Positions 1-13,000 of a stretch of DNA of 64,000 nt are shown here, in pieces. The DNA comes from Eledone cirrhosa. Its lineage: Eukaryota. Position 1 is the first letter of the stretch. Every line of letters begins with the position of its first letter. The notes beneath the pieces are model-generated. The model searched no databases and was not told the origin of the DNA. It worked only from the letters and a program-made list of their open reading frames with translations. The stretch covers positions 14,198,001-14,262,000 of the forward strand of contig OZ024747.1 in NCBI GenBank assembly GCA_964016885.1, given 5' to 3'. The translations under genes and the position numbers were made by a program.

Positions 1-393
1 TCTACCGATACTGCCAATCCTCCGCCTAATTAGAAATGATTATAATTATAGCAGGTAGGTTTTGAACATAGAACCGATCCACCGGATCACATTTACCCAT
101 TAATCCGTCCTTACATACATACACAGACAAACACCTTACACCTCCTCATATATTTTCACTTACACCTTCGCTTCCTCTCTGCTCCTACTGTCTGTACGTT
201 TAGGATTTAACGTCCAAATAGTTTTATTAACGTTTGCATATTCTCTATCTCTTCTTCTTGGCTAATCAATATGTTGGGCCTCGTCGATAACTTTTCAGTT
301 ACTGATTATGGCTTAGTGGCAAATTTGCTGTTATTTGTAAATAGTTGTTAAGGCTATCTTCTTGTCTTTTATCAATTTGTTACTGTTCTTTGG

Positions 394-1010
394 GCAGTAT
401 AGGTAGAGGGTCGGACGCCATGCTTTGACGCAAAGAGTTACGGCCTTTTCCATTCTGAGTTCAAATCCCGCCGAGGTTAACTTTGCCTTTCATCCTTACG
501 GGGTCGATAAAATAAAGTACCAGTAATACACTGGGTAATTGCTGGCCTTGTGCCAAAAGTAGAAACAATTATTTAGAACTAGTAGGGCGGTGGATTGGCA
601 GTATCGGTAGAGGGTCGGACGCCATGCTTTGCAGCATAGAGCTACGGCCCTTTATGATCAGAGTTCAAATCCCGCCGAGGTTAACTTTGCCTTTCATCCT
701 TACGAGGTCGATAAAATAACGTACCAGTAATACACTGGGTAATTGCTGGCCTTGTGCCAAAAGTAGAAACAATTATTTAGAACTAGTAGGGCGGTGGATT
801 GGCAGTATCGGTAGAGGGTTGGATGCCATGCTTTGCAGCATAGAGTTACGGCCCTTTATGATCAGAGTTCAAATCCCGCCGAGGTTAACTTTGCCTTTCA
901 TCCCTACGGGGTCGCTAAAATAAAGTACCAGTCACGCACTGGGGTCGATTTAATCGACTTTCCCCTCCCCCAAAATTGCTGGCCTTGTGCCTATATAAGA
1001 AACCATTATT
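394..1010 (+). mobile_element. Three head-to-tail copies of a tRNA-derived octopus-type SINE (394-573, 585-777, 790-1010)
   Basis: Repeated ~190-220 bp unit GGCGGTGGATTGGCAGTATCGGTAGAG (A box)...GAGTTCAAATCCC (B box)...GTTAACTTTGCCTTTCATCCTTACGGGGTCGATAAAATAAAGTACCAG...GGCCTTGTGCC...ATTATT tail; the same unit recurs throughout the window. Confidence 0.9.
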
Positions 1011-1132
1011 TAGAAATAGTCGTTAAGACTATCGTCTTATCCTTTGCTCATTTGTCACTGTCCCTTTTGCACTAGAGTCAGTTGTACCGACCTTAAAGGA
1101 CCAAAACAACATATCTCCGCCCATATTTTGTA

Positions 1133-1171
<39 letters not shown>

Positions 1172-1202
1172 AGTGTAATTTACTACACAAAACGAAGGTT
1201 AT

Positions 1203-1790
1203 AGAGAAAATTGAGGTTGGTAATGACACATGGAATATATAAGAGACAGAATACTTTTTTGTGAAAAAACATATAATTTTATAAAGTAAGGAAATAATAA
1301 AGGGTATAAAAAATGACCGGTTTCGATGGGTCTGCAAAAGCCATCTTTTCAAATGTTGATTAATATTAAGAAAAATTAATAATAAGAAGAGTTAAAATTT
1401 GAGATTTGAAAATTCAAGTATAAAATTCATTGTGGGATTTCATAGTAGTTTTCATCTTGGTAGCAGCTCGTTGACTGCTGTGTGCCTTTCTGGTAGTGAA
1501 TGAGAAGTTATTTGGGGGTGTGGGTTATTTTATAAAGATGAAAACTACTATGAAATCCCACAATGAATTTTATACTTGAATTTTCAAATCTCAAATTTTA
1601 ACTCTTCTTATTATTAATTTTTCTTAATATTAATCAACATTTGAAAAGATGGCTTTTGCAGACCCATCGAAACCGGTCATTTTTTATACCCTTTATTATT
1701 TCCTTACCTTATAAAATTATATGTTTTTTCACAAAAAAGTATTCTGTCTCTTATATATTCCATGTGCCATTACCAACCTCAATTTTCTCT
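1203..1790. mobile_element. Fold-back element with ~255-bp inverted arms (1203-1458 / 1535-1790), Penelope pLTR-like, between TA tracts
   Basis: Arms are near-perfect reverse complements around a ~76-bp spacer; each carries a degenerate hammerhead (GATGG..CCATC GAAA CCGG TC, 1641-1683 on +). Confidence 0.75.
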
Positions 1791-1814
1791 CTCTCTCTCT
1801 ATATATATAGATGA

Positions 1815-1863
1815 GATTCTACAGGACTAGAACTGTTTCATTCTTTAGAAATCATCAGGAATC
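1815..1863 (-). ncRNA. Type I hammerhead ribozyme motif
   Basis: Minus strand reads GATTC-CTGATGA-tttctaaagaat-GAAA-CAG-ttctagtc-CTG-TA-GAATC: 5-bp stem I, ttc/gaa stem II, ACAG/CTGT stem III, GUA cleavage triplet. Confidence 0.75.
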
Positions 1864-1868
1864 ATCAG

Positions 1869-1917
<49 letters not shown>

Positions 1918-1973
1918 CGTGTGTATATGTGTGTGTGTATATATATATATATGTGTGTGTGTATGTGTGTGTG

Positions 1974-2010
<37 letters not shown>

Positions 2011-2023
2011 ATGTGTGCGTATG

Positions 2024-2109
<86 letters not shown>

Positions 2110-2499
2110 TATATATGTGTGTATGTGTGTGTGAATATATGTATGTGTGCCGCATGCATGTGTGTATATAATTACTATAATTCCATACATTATTTTCGTG
2201 TCGTTCCGGTTAGCCTTATTTTCAATTGAGTGCATCAGTAATAATAGCGAGGACATTCATATAATCTATTTTGATACAATAGCAATATCTCCGCTTGTAT
2301 TCTGCTATTCTTATAGGTTTCTGCTTGCCTCAACATTGTCACTATATTTAATGTTGATGTCAATGAATATTTAAAAACTAAGTTTATATATAGAGTATTA
2401 TATTATTTATTCATAAATTATATATCCTTAAATGAATTTTGAAATTTTGCTCGTAAATATACATTGCAAAATTGCTCTTTTTCGATTTGACTTTATTTT

Positions 2500-3790
2500 T
2501 GTTCAGTTGTATTCATTGACGCGGATGCCTATGGGTTTGTCTGTTCTGCTTAGAACAGCATCAATTGTCGATTTGTTTGTATCCACCGATATTAATACAA
2601 AACCTTGTTAAATCAAGGTATCTTTTGAATACTATTGAAGCAGTAACAGCTGCTTTGATACTGTCAATGCTTTTTTTGTTCTAGTTTAAACCGCTGCCAT
2701 GCACTTGATCTCTGTACAACCTTTCTTTGGAGAGGTATATTTATCGCTGACATATCAGGAATTAACATAGCTAGATATGTAATGATGTAAGAATAGCAGA
2801 GATTTAATCTTAATCTAGTTTTACACCTTTTTTGTTTAGTAGATGCTTAATGTATTTTACTTGCTCAACACACGATTGAGCTTTCCGTGAATTTAGTTTT
2901 AGACCTTTGTCTTTTCATCGTTGTAAAACATGTAGACACTAGCAATGTTTACACACAACATAGACTTAGTGTCCATAACCACAAATATTTCTTCCTCCTA
3001 AAGTCCAAAACACGTGTGTCATAGCGGCGTGAGATACTCCACAAGCTGATTGTACACCGGAAGAAAGTTTATTTGCTACTATCTTTTGACAACTCTCTAG
3101 CAGTAACACTCTTTAGACTGTTTCCTAGGAATAACTATCTATAGACAGCTTTTTAATAGTAACACCTTGAATTGCAGGTAGAGGGTGGTGTTCCCATTAA
3201 ATAGCCTCGTTAAGATCTGACGGAATTAATATATATGCACACTGTATTATGTTCCTTGACAGGAACAACCAGTCACTTGTATCTTTAATATTAATTGTTT
3301 CTACTTTAGGCACAAGGCCAGCAATTACCCAGTGCATTACTGGTATGTTATTTTATCGACCCCGTAAGGATGAAAGGCAAAGTCAACCTCGGCGGGATTT
3401 GAACTCAGATCGTAAAGGGACGTAACTATGTTGAAAAGCATGGCTTCCGACCCTCTACTGATACTGCCAATCCATTAATATAACATAATTTGACACCATG
3501 GATTTCAATTCTTGAGCTACATGATCCTGGAATTTATCTTATGGGGATAACTTTAGGATCTGCAATAATTATATGTTCACCTCCATAAACACCAAAACCA
3601 CCAACGACATCTGAAAGTCTTTCTAATATATTTTCAGAACTTGGTGTTATTTGTGTTGTAAGCTCCTCAAATTTTTGACGCAAGATTTACACAAACTGTT
3701 CCTATAGTCATTGGTTTCTTGAAGAAGATAACTGCATAAAAGAAACTCCAACAAATAAACTATCAAAACGAAACAAGAAAAAAACTGGAA
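2500..3790 (-). mobile_element. Highly degenerate Ty3/Gypsy pol remnant, interrupted by a SINE
   Basis: Manual translation: ENILERLSDVVGGFGVYGGEHIIIADPKVIP (3541-3638, protease-RT linker-like) and VLISVDTNKSTIDAVLSRTDKPIG (2525-2600, RNase H 'VDAS..GIGAVL.Q..KPI'-like), in the correct order. Confidence 0.5.
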
Positions 3791-4453
3791 AATAATGCTG
3801 TATGAAACACTCCTTTTACGATCTGAGTTCAAATCCGGCCGAGATTAGCTTTGCCTTTCATCCTTACGGGGTTGATAAAATAAAATACCAGTAACGTACT
3901 GGGGTCAAGATAATCGACTTTTCCCTCCAGGATTTGATCTTAGAACGTAAGAGGCCTTAATTCTGTGCTGCAAAGCATGTTGTCCGACGCTCTACCGATA
4001 CTGCCAGTTCACCGCCCTTGTTTTAATAAATAATAGTTTATTATTTAGGCACAAGGCTAGCCATTTTTGGGGAGGGGAAAGTCGATTAAATCGACCCCAG
4101 TGCGTGACTGGTACTTTATTTTATCGACCTCGTAAGGATGAAAGGCAACGTTAACCTTGGCGAGATTTGAATTCAGATCATAAAGGGGCATAATTCTATG
4201 CTGCAAAGCATGTTGTCCGACGCTCTACCGATACTGCCAATCCACCGCCCTTATTTTAATAAATAATTGTTTCTACTTTTGGCACAAGGCCAGCAATTAC
4301 ACCAGTACATTACTGGTACTTTATTTTATCGACCCCGTAAGGATGAAAGGCAAAGTTAACCTCGATGGGATTTGAACTCAGACCGTAAAGGGACGTAACT
4401 ATGCTAGAAAGCATGGCGTCCAAATCTCTACTGATACTGCCAATTCACTGCCC
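3292..4453 (-). mobile_element. SINE cluster (3292-3475 -, ~3800-3925 +, 3930-4017 -, 4030-4250 -, 4262-4453 -)
   Basis: Matches to the SINE unit seen at 585-777. Confidence 0.85.
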
Positions 4454-5059
4454 TTCTTATTTTAATAAATAATGACAAGGAGATTATCATCTCTGCTCTT
4501 CCACCTTTTATAGGTCATATGCCATAGAAATATTAAATGCAAGTAAATCGCCGGTTTAACAACGATTGCAATTAGATCGTTATATTTCGGAGTGTCTCTA
4601 TTGAGCTCTGCTGTTCTAGTCCGGAAATCTCAGTCACTCCATCTTTATTCCATTAACAATTGATTAATCTATTTTATTTTTGCTTGTTGTTTCTGGTCTT
4701 TTTCTCACGCACACGTTTGTTTATATGTGGGCACATAGGGCTCGTTTTCATGTCATTTTTATTCTTGGTTTCTATTTAAAATAAAAAAAAAATTTTTTTA
4801 TTTCATCATCATCATCATCATCATCATCATTATTATTGCTTATTTTTCAATGTGTCCTTATTGTTATTGCTAAGCTCCCCTTTTCCTTTTTACACAATGT
4901 AACACAGTGTCTCTTTTTGATTTTCTATGCATTTCATCTTTGTATTGTCCCCAACGTCTTAGGGCCCCAGTGACCAATAAAAGAGATCATCATCATCATC
5001 ATCATCATTATTATTATAATGTTAAACTTTATGTCAACCCTTGTGGTTAATAAAGAAAC

Positions 5060-5129
<70 letters not shown>

Positions 5130-5246
5130 TATTTTATATTTTTATATCTTCATTGTTAAATTATTCTTGCTATTGTGCACTTTTACTCGACCTTATTGTA
5201 AACCCCCACTGTCTGTGTCTTTGTATTGTACCCTACATGTCGGCCC

Positions 5247-5310
<64 letters not shown>

Positions 5311-5311
<1 letters not shown>

Positions 5312-8300
5312 GTTCTTTGAGTCTCAGTCATTGATGTTAGTTAACTGGAAAGTTTGTTAAAATGAATATCAAGCCACTACCTGCAGCCTCAGATATTCAG
5401 GACGTATCGGAGGGTTCTTGCTGTTCCCAGCAAGCATGCCTTTTGAAGTGTTCCAAAAAGCGGGGCGGGGCCAATTTTCTTTAACCATCCCTGGAAACCT
5501 TTTGAGATAGTACCTAGTGCGCCTATGACAATCGGGACCACTTTGACTTCATGGCAGTTCCAAATCCTTTTTACCTCCCACTTTAAGTCCTGGTATCGGT
5601 TAATTTTCTCCCTCTCCTTCTCTTGCACTCTCGAGTCGAATGGGCAGGCCACATCCACGATCAGGCACGATCTTTTTTCCTTGTCCAAAACCACCAGATC
5701 AGGTCTATTGTGTTCCAGTTTCTTGTCCGTCTGTATCCTAAAATCCCACAGCACCTTCACCTGATCGTTTTCTATCACCGACTCTGGCTTATGCTCATAC
5801 CACTTCTCAGAATGTGGTAAATTCTTTACTTTGCACAGGTGCCAGTGGATCACCCTGCCCATCACATCATGTCTCCAGCCCTTATAGTGAGTCTGGGCTA
5901 GGTGTTTACACTCGGATACAATGTGAGCCACAGTCTCCTCTCTCTCTCCACAGATCCTGCACAGTGGGCTAGCCTCCTCCTTGTAAATATGGTGTTTCAA
6001 CCACTTCGTTTTGAGAGCCTGCTCTTGCGCAGCCATTATCATTCCTTTTGTAGCCTTTTTAAGGTCTCCTCTTTTCAACCAGTTCCATGTCTGTGGATCT
6101 CTGAATTCAGTTTTCTCAAAGAAGGTACTATGAAGGGATTTTTCATGAAGGCTGCTCTTTCTCCTCGTTGTTATTTCCTCCTTGGACATCTCCTGGTCTA
6201 TTGTCCTCTCCTTCAGTACAATTCTGAGCATTGGCTCCTTACTATCAGTCACGTATTTGTGTAGGTTGTTTTTCTCCATCTGAACACAGTCCTCTATGCT
6301 GATAAGACCTCTTCCACCTTCAAATCTCCTTTAGTAGAGTCTTTCGACATCACTCCTCTTGTGGAACATGTTGTAGATAGTCAATAGCTTCCTAGTCTTC
6401 CTATCCATTTCTTTTTGTTCAGCAACATTCCATCTCAGAATTCCCGCAGTGTACCTAATAATAGACACAGCTCGGGAATTTACTGCACTTATGGCATTCC
6501 TACTGTTCAGATGTGACTTTAATACGCTCCTTACTCTCGGAATGTATTCAGATCTTATCAATTCCTTAATTTTCTTGTTCTTGATGTCATCAGCCTCCAG
6601 AACACCCAAATACTTGTATCCTTCTTCAGTGTCAATTTCCTTTATCATCTCACCTGTTGGTACCTGGATTCCATTGCTTCTGCTCAATTTACCCCTCTTC
6701 ATCACAAGGACTCCACACTTACTAATACCAAATTGCATACATATATCATTGCTGAAAATACGGACAGTGTCAACAAGCACATCCAACTCCTTCTCACTCT
6801 TCCCGAAGAGCTTAAGTTCGTCCATGAAGAGGAGGTGATTGATGGTAAGCTCTCCCTTTCCCAACTTGTATCCTGCTCTCACTTTTCGCAGTATAATGGT
6901 CAGGGGCATCAGGGCAAGGACAAACAACAGAGGGGACAGACCATCTCCCTGGAAGATACCTCTCTTGATCTTCACGCTTCCCAAGGATTCTCCAGCTGAT
7001 GTTAACTCTGTTTTCCAGGACTTCATACTTTTGCCCAACAACTGTCTGATGTTATCTGCCACATCTAGGCTTTTGGTGATCCAAGAATGAGGCACCATGT
7101 CAAATGCCTTTTTGTAGTCTATCCATCCCATGGCAAGACCAGTGTGTCTCCTCTTGCAATTCCTCATTACCATCTTATCAATAAGTAACTGGTCCTTTGT
7201 ACCACGGGACTTCTTTCGGCATCCTTTCTGTTCGTCCGGTAACAAGTTGTTTGTGTGGAGGTGATGGTAGATTCCTCAGACATAATGCTTGTCAACAGTT
7301 TCCACATTACGGACAGACATGTGATAGGTCTATAGTTGGTAACATCATTACCCTTGATTCGGTCTTTCATTACCAGAACTGTGGTACCTTTTGTCAACCA
7401 CTCTGGTACCTCACCTGACATCAAGCAGTCATTGAACATGGTTGTCAGTTTCGGGTGCAGGGATGTTATATTTTTAATACAATACCCCTGCACACCATCT
7501 GGGCCTGGTGATTTCCAGTTGGTTAGTTTTTTGGCCTGCCCCTTAAGAGTTTCAACTGTGATACTCAAATCAGTTTGTTGGTGTGCCTGTTCATTTATCT
7601 CCTTTTGTACTGTCTCAATCCACACTGCCTGGTCATTATGTTTAACATCCTGCTCCCATATTCCTCTCCAGAATCTCTTAGTTTGTTCCGCCTCAGGGAT
7701 CAAGTCGTTGCCTCTTTCTTTCCCTTCAAGCTGTCCAAACAGCATCTTCTGGTTGTTGTCAAACATGCGGTTCTGTCTATACTGACTGACTCTGCTCTCG
7801 TACCGCCTAATTTTTGCACTCTTTGCTACAATGCGTTGCTTCAGTTCCTCTATGATAATATTTAGCTTTTTCCTCCTAGTTTTGTACTTTATGTCCAGTC
7901 TATTTATAGTGTCTATGTTTTTTAGTGTTCCATTCAGTAGGGACTCAAGCTTTCCAATGTCATTTCTCATTTCCCTGATTTGACCATTCAGTCGTTTCTT
8001 CCACCAAGGCTCTGATCTTTCTTGTTTGTTGTTTCCTCTCGCTTTTATACCAAGTAATTTCCTCACCGCATTTGCTGTTGCTTTGAGGATATTGTTGCAC
8101 TGGTGAAGGCTCCTCGCCTCAAGGTATGGGATGACTTTGTTTACCTTAGCTGTTGTTTCTTTTAACTTTTTCCTGTCTACAAATCTTAGGTTCATAGGTT
8201 TCCCACTATCATTATTCAATTCATCTACCACTAAGTTTAGGATATCAACCAAATCTTGTCCTAGCCCGTCAGCATTCATCTCCTCAATGGCCGTATTTTT

Positions 8301-8920
8301 GTTCCAGGTATTATTTATTTCAGCATTCAGATCATTGTCTGCTTCGGGTGGTTCCTCCGTTCTCAGGACCTCTTCACCTTCATTTCCCACTGGCTCGCTT
8401 GTCTGGCATACTACACCCGCCATCTCCAACCTAATCTCTCTGCTCAGTTCCTCCAGTTCCAGCTCGCTTATCCACCCATTAGTTCTTATTACCCGAGCCT
8501 GCCCGGCCAATTTTTGTTCATCTAATTTAAATAGACCAATCTCGTTTCAGATGTTATGCATCCGTTTCCTATAGCCTTTCTCCTTGGGGTTACTCTTCAG
8601 GTAACATTGCATAACAGTTCTATTCAATTCTTTCGTCCAGTTGGTTCTGGTCCCTTTCCTTCTTCTTCCTCCGACACCAGCAGTATTTGGTTGACAGCCA
8701 GGTCCCTGATGCTGAGCCAGGGAGCACCTGCTGGGTGAGAGTCTGTCACATGACATTCCAGTCTCCACTTCACCGTTATTCGAACTGTTTAGGTTCGACA
8801 TTTAAACACTCTTATCGAGGATTGGTGAATGTATGGTTACATAACCACCGGTGATTTCATCACCTCCGGTGATTTCATCACTCCCGGTGATTTTTGTGTG
8901 GCACTATCACGCTGTAGACG
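5311..8920 (-). mobile_element. R4/Dong-clade RLE non-LTR retrotransposon, apparently full length; 3' end abuts (TAA)n; 5' boundary approximate
   Basis: One broken ORF with Myb-like N-terminus, RT, CCHC and PD-(D/E)xK endonuclease; ~78-nt 3' UTR runs directly into (TAA)n at ~5310. Confidence 0.9.
5389..8801 (-). pseudogene. Disrupted R4-clade RT/restriction-like endonuclease polyprotein
   Basis: ORF pieces 8547-8801, 7167-8510, 6331-7245 and 5389-6279 join through an in-frame TGA (8547-8549), one frameshift (~7270) and an in-frame TAA (6331-6333). Motifs: [31 protein letters not shown] (catalytic DD mutated), GGRGL, CRIC...HIVSEC, RHD, RPDLV...D...EK..RY. Confidence 0.9.
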
Positions 8921-9720
8921 AACATAAAGAAACAAACAAACAAATAGGTAAACAAAAAACCCAAAAGAATAAGCATAAGTTTCATTGTAATGTCATGTTT
9001 GAATGTCTGACTTAGTTTTTCCCTTCCCTTCTCTGTCTGTCTGTTTGTTTTTCTTTTCATTTTTCTTTTCTTTACGTTTTTCGTTGTTGCTGTGCTGCTT
9101 TGATTTTGATTTTTGGTTTTTTGATTTTTTGACCGGGTCATCAAATCAATCTATTTATATCTTTTGATGCCTTCCTCTTTTAGTGGGGACACTACGATGC
9201 ATGTCTTAGCAGGAGGTAGTGGGGAGAATAGCGGCGGTAGTGATAATGAGGCAGTGGTGGTGGTGGTGGTGGTGGTGCTGTGCTAGTAGTGCTTAGCAGG
9301 AGGTAGTGGGAGAGAATAGCGGCGGTAGCGATAATGAGACAGTGGTGGTGGTGATGTGATCGTAGTACTGTAGTGATGGTGTTGAAGTTGAAGTAGAAAT
9401 AGAAGTTGAGGTAACTTGACTAGAGTTTTTAGCGTGGTAGTGGTGGTGGTGTTAGTGGTGAAATTATTTTTCTGTCTGTCCACTTAGCCATTTAGCTATT
9501 TAGCTATTTAGTCATTTTGCCATTTTCCTCCTTTTCGACTATAACATTTCTGATCCGAAATTAAATATTAAATATTGGGGTCCTATGCCGTAAAGTGATG
9601 CGTTATGACTTGCTGAACGTGAAAACAGTAATCTTATTGTTCATTTGTAATAAGAATTATTCTATCACAGTTGTTTTAAAGAAGTAAAAATCAAAAACTT
9701 ACGGGAGCGATTCCATAACG

Positions 9721-9766
<46 letters not shown>

Positions 9767-10001
9767 GGCGGTGGATTGGCAGTATCGGTAGAGGGTCGGA
9801 CGCCATGCTTTGCAGCCTAGAGTTACGGCTTTGCAGCATAGAGTTACGGCTCTTTATGATCTGAGCTCAAATCCCGCCGAGGTTAACTTTGCTTTTCATC
9901 CTTACGGGGTCGATAAAATAAAGTACCAGTCACGCACTGGGATCGATTTAATCGACTTTCCCCTCCCCCCAAATTACTGGCATTGTGCCCATATAAGAAA
10001 C
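9767..10001 (+). mobile_element. SINE (long subtype) with internal 20-bp duplication; its ATT tail is the insertion site of the second R4 element
   Basis: SINE consensus match; ctttgcagc(c/a)tagagttacgg repeated at 9808-9850. Confidence 0.9.
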
Positions 10002-10016
10002 TATTATTATTATTAT

Positions 10017-13000
10017 TTGCATTTATCTTGCTTTATGTTTATACGAGTTATCACCAAGTCACAACCAGTGACCTCAAGAGACAACAAGGTCCGCCATGTT
10101 CAAGAAAGAACACACATATTCACACATGCATCCTTAGTGTTTAGACTTGTGATGTACTTATATTGACAGGATCTTCCTTAGTATATGGGCAGTTCCCATT
10201 AGTACTATCTTTTGTATTTCTCCTATACGCGGGTTTCCTGGGATTTGCGATAAGTAGTCGTTAGACCCCTTAGGTATCATTCCCAGAGCGCCTACAACCA
10301 CTGGTATTGTTTTAGTTCTCAATTTCCACATTTTTCCAATTTCTATCTCCAGGTCCTTATACTTGCTCAATTTTTCAAATGTTTTTATAGATACATTCTT
10401 GTCTATTGGAACAGACATATCAATTAGCAGGCATACCCTCCTTTGAAAGTCCTTCAATATTATATCAGGTCTATTTGCATCTATTTTTCGGTCTGTTTGG
10501 ATGCTAAAGTTCCACAAGATTGAGATGTGATCTTTTTCAAGTATGGGAGGTGGTTGATGCTCCCACCAATTCTTTTGATGGGGCAGGTCAAAATGCTTAC
10601 ACATTATCCAATGTATGTATTGTGCAGCTCTGTCATGCCTGTTTAGGTATTCGGTTGGAGCTATAGGACTGCACATTGAAATTATATGGTCAATGGTCTC
10701 TGGTTGTTTTTTGCATACACGGCATAATGGGCTGCACCCATTTTTTATTATGTTGGCTTGGTAATTTTTTGTTGGCAGACACTGATCTTGTGCGGATATA
10801 ATCAGTCCTTCAGTCTCCGATTTCAGTCCAGAGGATGCCAACCACTGATGGGTTAAAGTTTTGTCAACATCAGGATTGTTAGCTCGCTCTGGGTATTTTC
10901 CATACAGAGGCTTTTCTTGCCATTTCTTAGCCAGTTTCTGTAGCAGTTCTTTCTTTGCAGTTACTTTTACCTGCTTTGCTTTTTCTGTGTTTTCCATTTC
11001 AGCAGTAAATGGGACTTCTGAAATTTGTAGTCCATTACTGTATCTTTGTGCATCTTTTGTAATGGAATATGATCTTTTGGTGCTTTCGTGTTTCAAAACG
11101 AGTTTGATCATCCAATCATGTGATTCCCTTAGATATGTGGATAATCCAATTGTTGCAGTTTTCAACGCAATGTCTAACTGGATTAACCCACGTCCTCCTT
11201 CTTTCCTAGGGAGATATATTCTATCTATGTCTGCCTTAGGGTGATGCATTCTGTGCATGGTTAAGAATTTTCGGATTTTTGTATCGAGCCTACGGATCTC
11301 TGTGCTTGACCAGTTGATGACATTGTAACTGTAGGTTACTACTGGTATGGCAAGCGTGTTTATGGCATCGATCCTATTCCTTGCATTCAATTCCGTTCTT
11401 AAGATTGCTCTGACTCTGCGGTAACATTCCTTCCTTATCCTTTCCCTCATTGTCGAGTGCTTGATTCCGTCTCCTTCACAAACACCTAGATATTTGTAAG
11501 TTTGTTCTTGATCAAGCTCTCTTATCACGTTCCCCCGATCAAGATTAATGTCTGAACTCTTCAGCAGCTTTCCTCTGGTGAACGTTGCTTTGGCGCATTT
11601 ATCCAGTCCAAACTCCATTTTAATGTCATCACTGAACTGCTTCACAGTGGATAATAGCCCTTGCAATTGTTCATCATTTTTTGCAAATAGTTTCAGGTCA
11701 TCCATGTAGAACAGGTGATTAATGGTTTTGTCATAGACTCTATATCCATGTTTTGTTTCATTGAGCATTTTACTTAATGGTATAAGTGCGATGCAGAATA
11801 AAAGCGGTGATAAAGAGTCACCCTGAAAAATTCCACAATTAATGTTAACTTCTCCAGCTTCCAGTGATTTTGTTTCACTATTCAAAAGGAGTGTCGTTCT
11901 CCATGTCCTCATACTGAATGACAAAAACCTCCTGATAACGGGGGATATTTTGAAAATCTCTAAACATTTTTCAATCCAACTGTGTGGCAAACTATCAAAT
12001 GCTTTTTTATAATCTATCCAAGCAATCGATAGATTTTTGTGTCTATTATGACAATCTTCCAGTATCATTTTGTTAACCAGAAGCTGATCCTTACAGCCAT
12101 ATGAGCCTCGTTTACACCCTTTCTGCTCAATGGGAAATAGGTCATTTGTTATCAGGTGGTCATATGTGTATTCAGTTAGGACTGATGTTAAAATTTTATA
12201 CATTGTGGTCAAGCAGGTTATCGGTCTGTAATTTTTGGGATTGTTTGTCTCATCATTCTTCGGTAGCAGGAATGTAATGCCGTTAACTAGCCATGATGGT
12301 ATCTTTTCTGGCTCCTTAACTATTTCATTGTAAAGTTGGGCTAACAGCTCATGAGACTCTGTGAAGGCATTTATCCAAAAGTTTTGTATTTTGTCTTTTC
12401 CTGGGGATTTCCATTTGCTGGTTTTTCTTAGAGCCAAGCGCAGCTGTTCAACTGTTATATTTTCCCATGTTTGTTCTTCAAGGTGAGCTGTTTCTTTCAT
12501 TTGTCTGTCTATCCATGGGGCATGTATGTTATGAACTTTTTCTTCGGCCCAGATCTTTTCCCAGAATTCTTGCACTTCCTCCTTGGGTGGTATTGATTTA
12601 GCAGTTATTGTTGACTTACCAATTTTTCTGTAGAAGTTTCTTTGGTTGTTTTTGAACATATTATTGTCCTTATAGAATCTAGATCGTTTTTCAAAGCGCC
12701 TTATACGAGCAGCTTTGGCCGACACTTTTTGCTTGATTGTTTCTATCAGCATGTCTATGTCACATGTTGATCTTATACTGTACTTTTTTTTCAATTTTCT
12801 AAGTTTAGTTTGTTTAACATGTTCACCTACTTTATAGTTTGTTAAAATTTCTATGTCAGATCGGAGAAGTTTTATTTGGCGATTGATGTTATCTTGCCAA
12901 GTAGATTTCTTGTGGGAATTCCTTTGTTTTTTCATCTTCACTCCACATAAGTGAGTGGTGACTTTAGCCGATGCATAATAGAGATGATTTAAGTCAGTAA

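Noticed and set aside
1013-1045. GAAA-TAGTC gttaa GACTA-TC half-hammerhead after the SINE tail
   Set aside because: No 5' half found on the other side of the SINE cluster; could be chance.
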